Source: Eledone cirrhosa
Taxonomy: Eukaryota
Assembly (NCBI GenBank): GCA_964016885.1
Contig: OZ024742.1
Location: 186,124,001 to 186,188,000, forward strand
Length of the DNA stretch: 64,000 bases
Direction: 5' to 3'
Both the position numbers and the translations under genes were made by a program. The stretch's first letter is position 1. Every line of letters begins with the position of its first letter. The notes under the pieces are model-generated. The model searched no databases, was not told where the DNA came from, and saw nothing but the letters and a program-made list of their open reading frames with translations. Below are positions 62,855 through 64,000 of the stretch, in pieces.

Positions 62855-64000
<1,146 letters not shown>

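Overview
AT-rich, microsatellite-rich animal genomic DNA. The SINE/RTE repeat repertoire suggests an octopus or other coleoid cephalopod (inference). Five GT-AG coding exons of WASHC5 (strumpellin) lie on the minus strand (58787-58887, 42312-42434, 36316-36541, 35910-36023, 34382-34559) and splice in frame; both ends of the gene lie outside the window. The rest is apparently intronic. It holds a >33 kb array of a 55-bp satellite with higher-order repeats, a full-length 6.0 kb Tx1/L1-group retrotransposon inserted in a (TTA)n microsatellite next to a splice acceptor, a 49-bp dimeric minisatellite, and SINE, RTE, CR1 and Helentron-like relics. The most notable signal, absent from the ORF track, is a cluster of hammerhead ribozyme (HHR) motifs tied to Penelope-like elements (PLE) at 52.7-62.8 kb. 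It comprises a 5'-truncated PLE (GIY-YIG C-terminus plus an intact HHR), an intact minimal HHR in the 70-nt loop of a perfect 215-bp inverted repeat, and two more fold-back elements with decayed HHRs. Both intact HHRs are on the WASHC5 sense strand. Nearly all other ORFs in the track are microsatellite or antisense artefacts.
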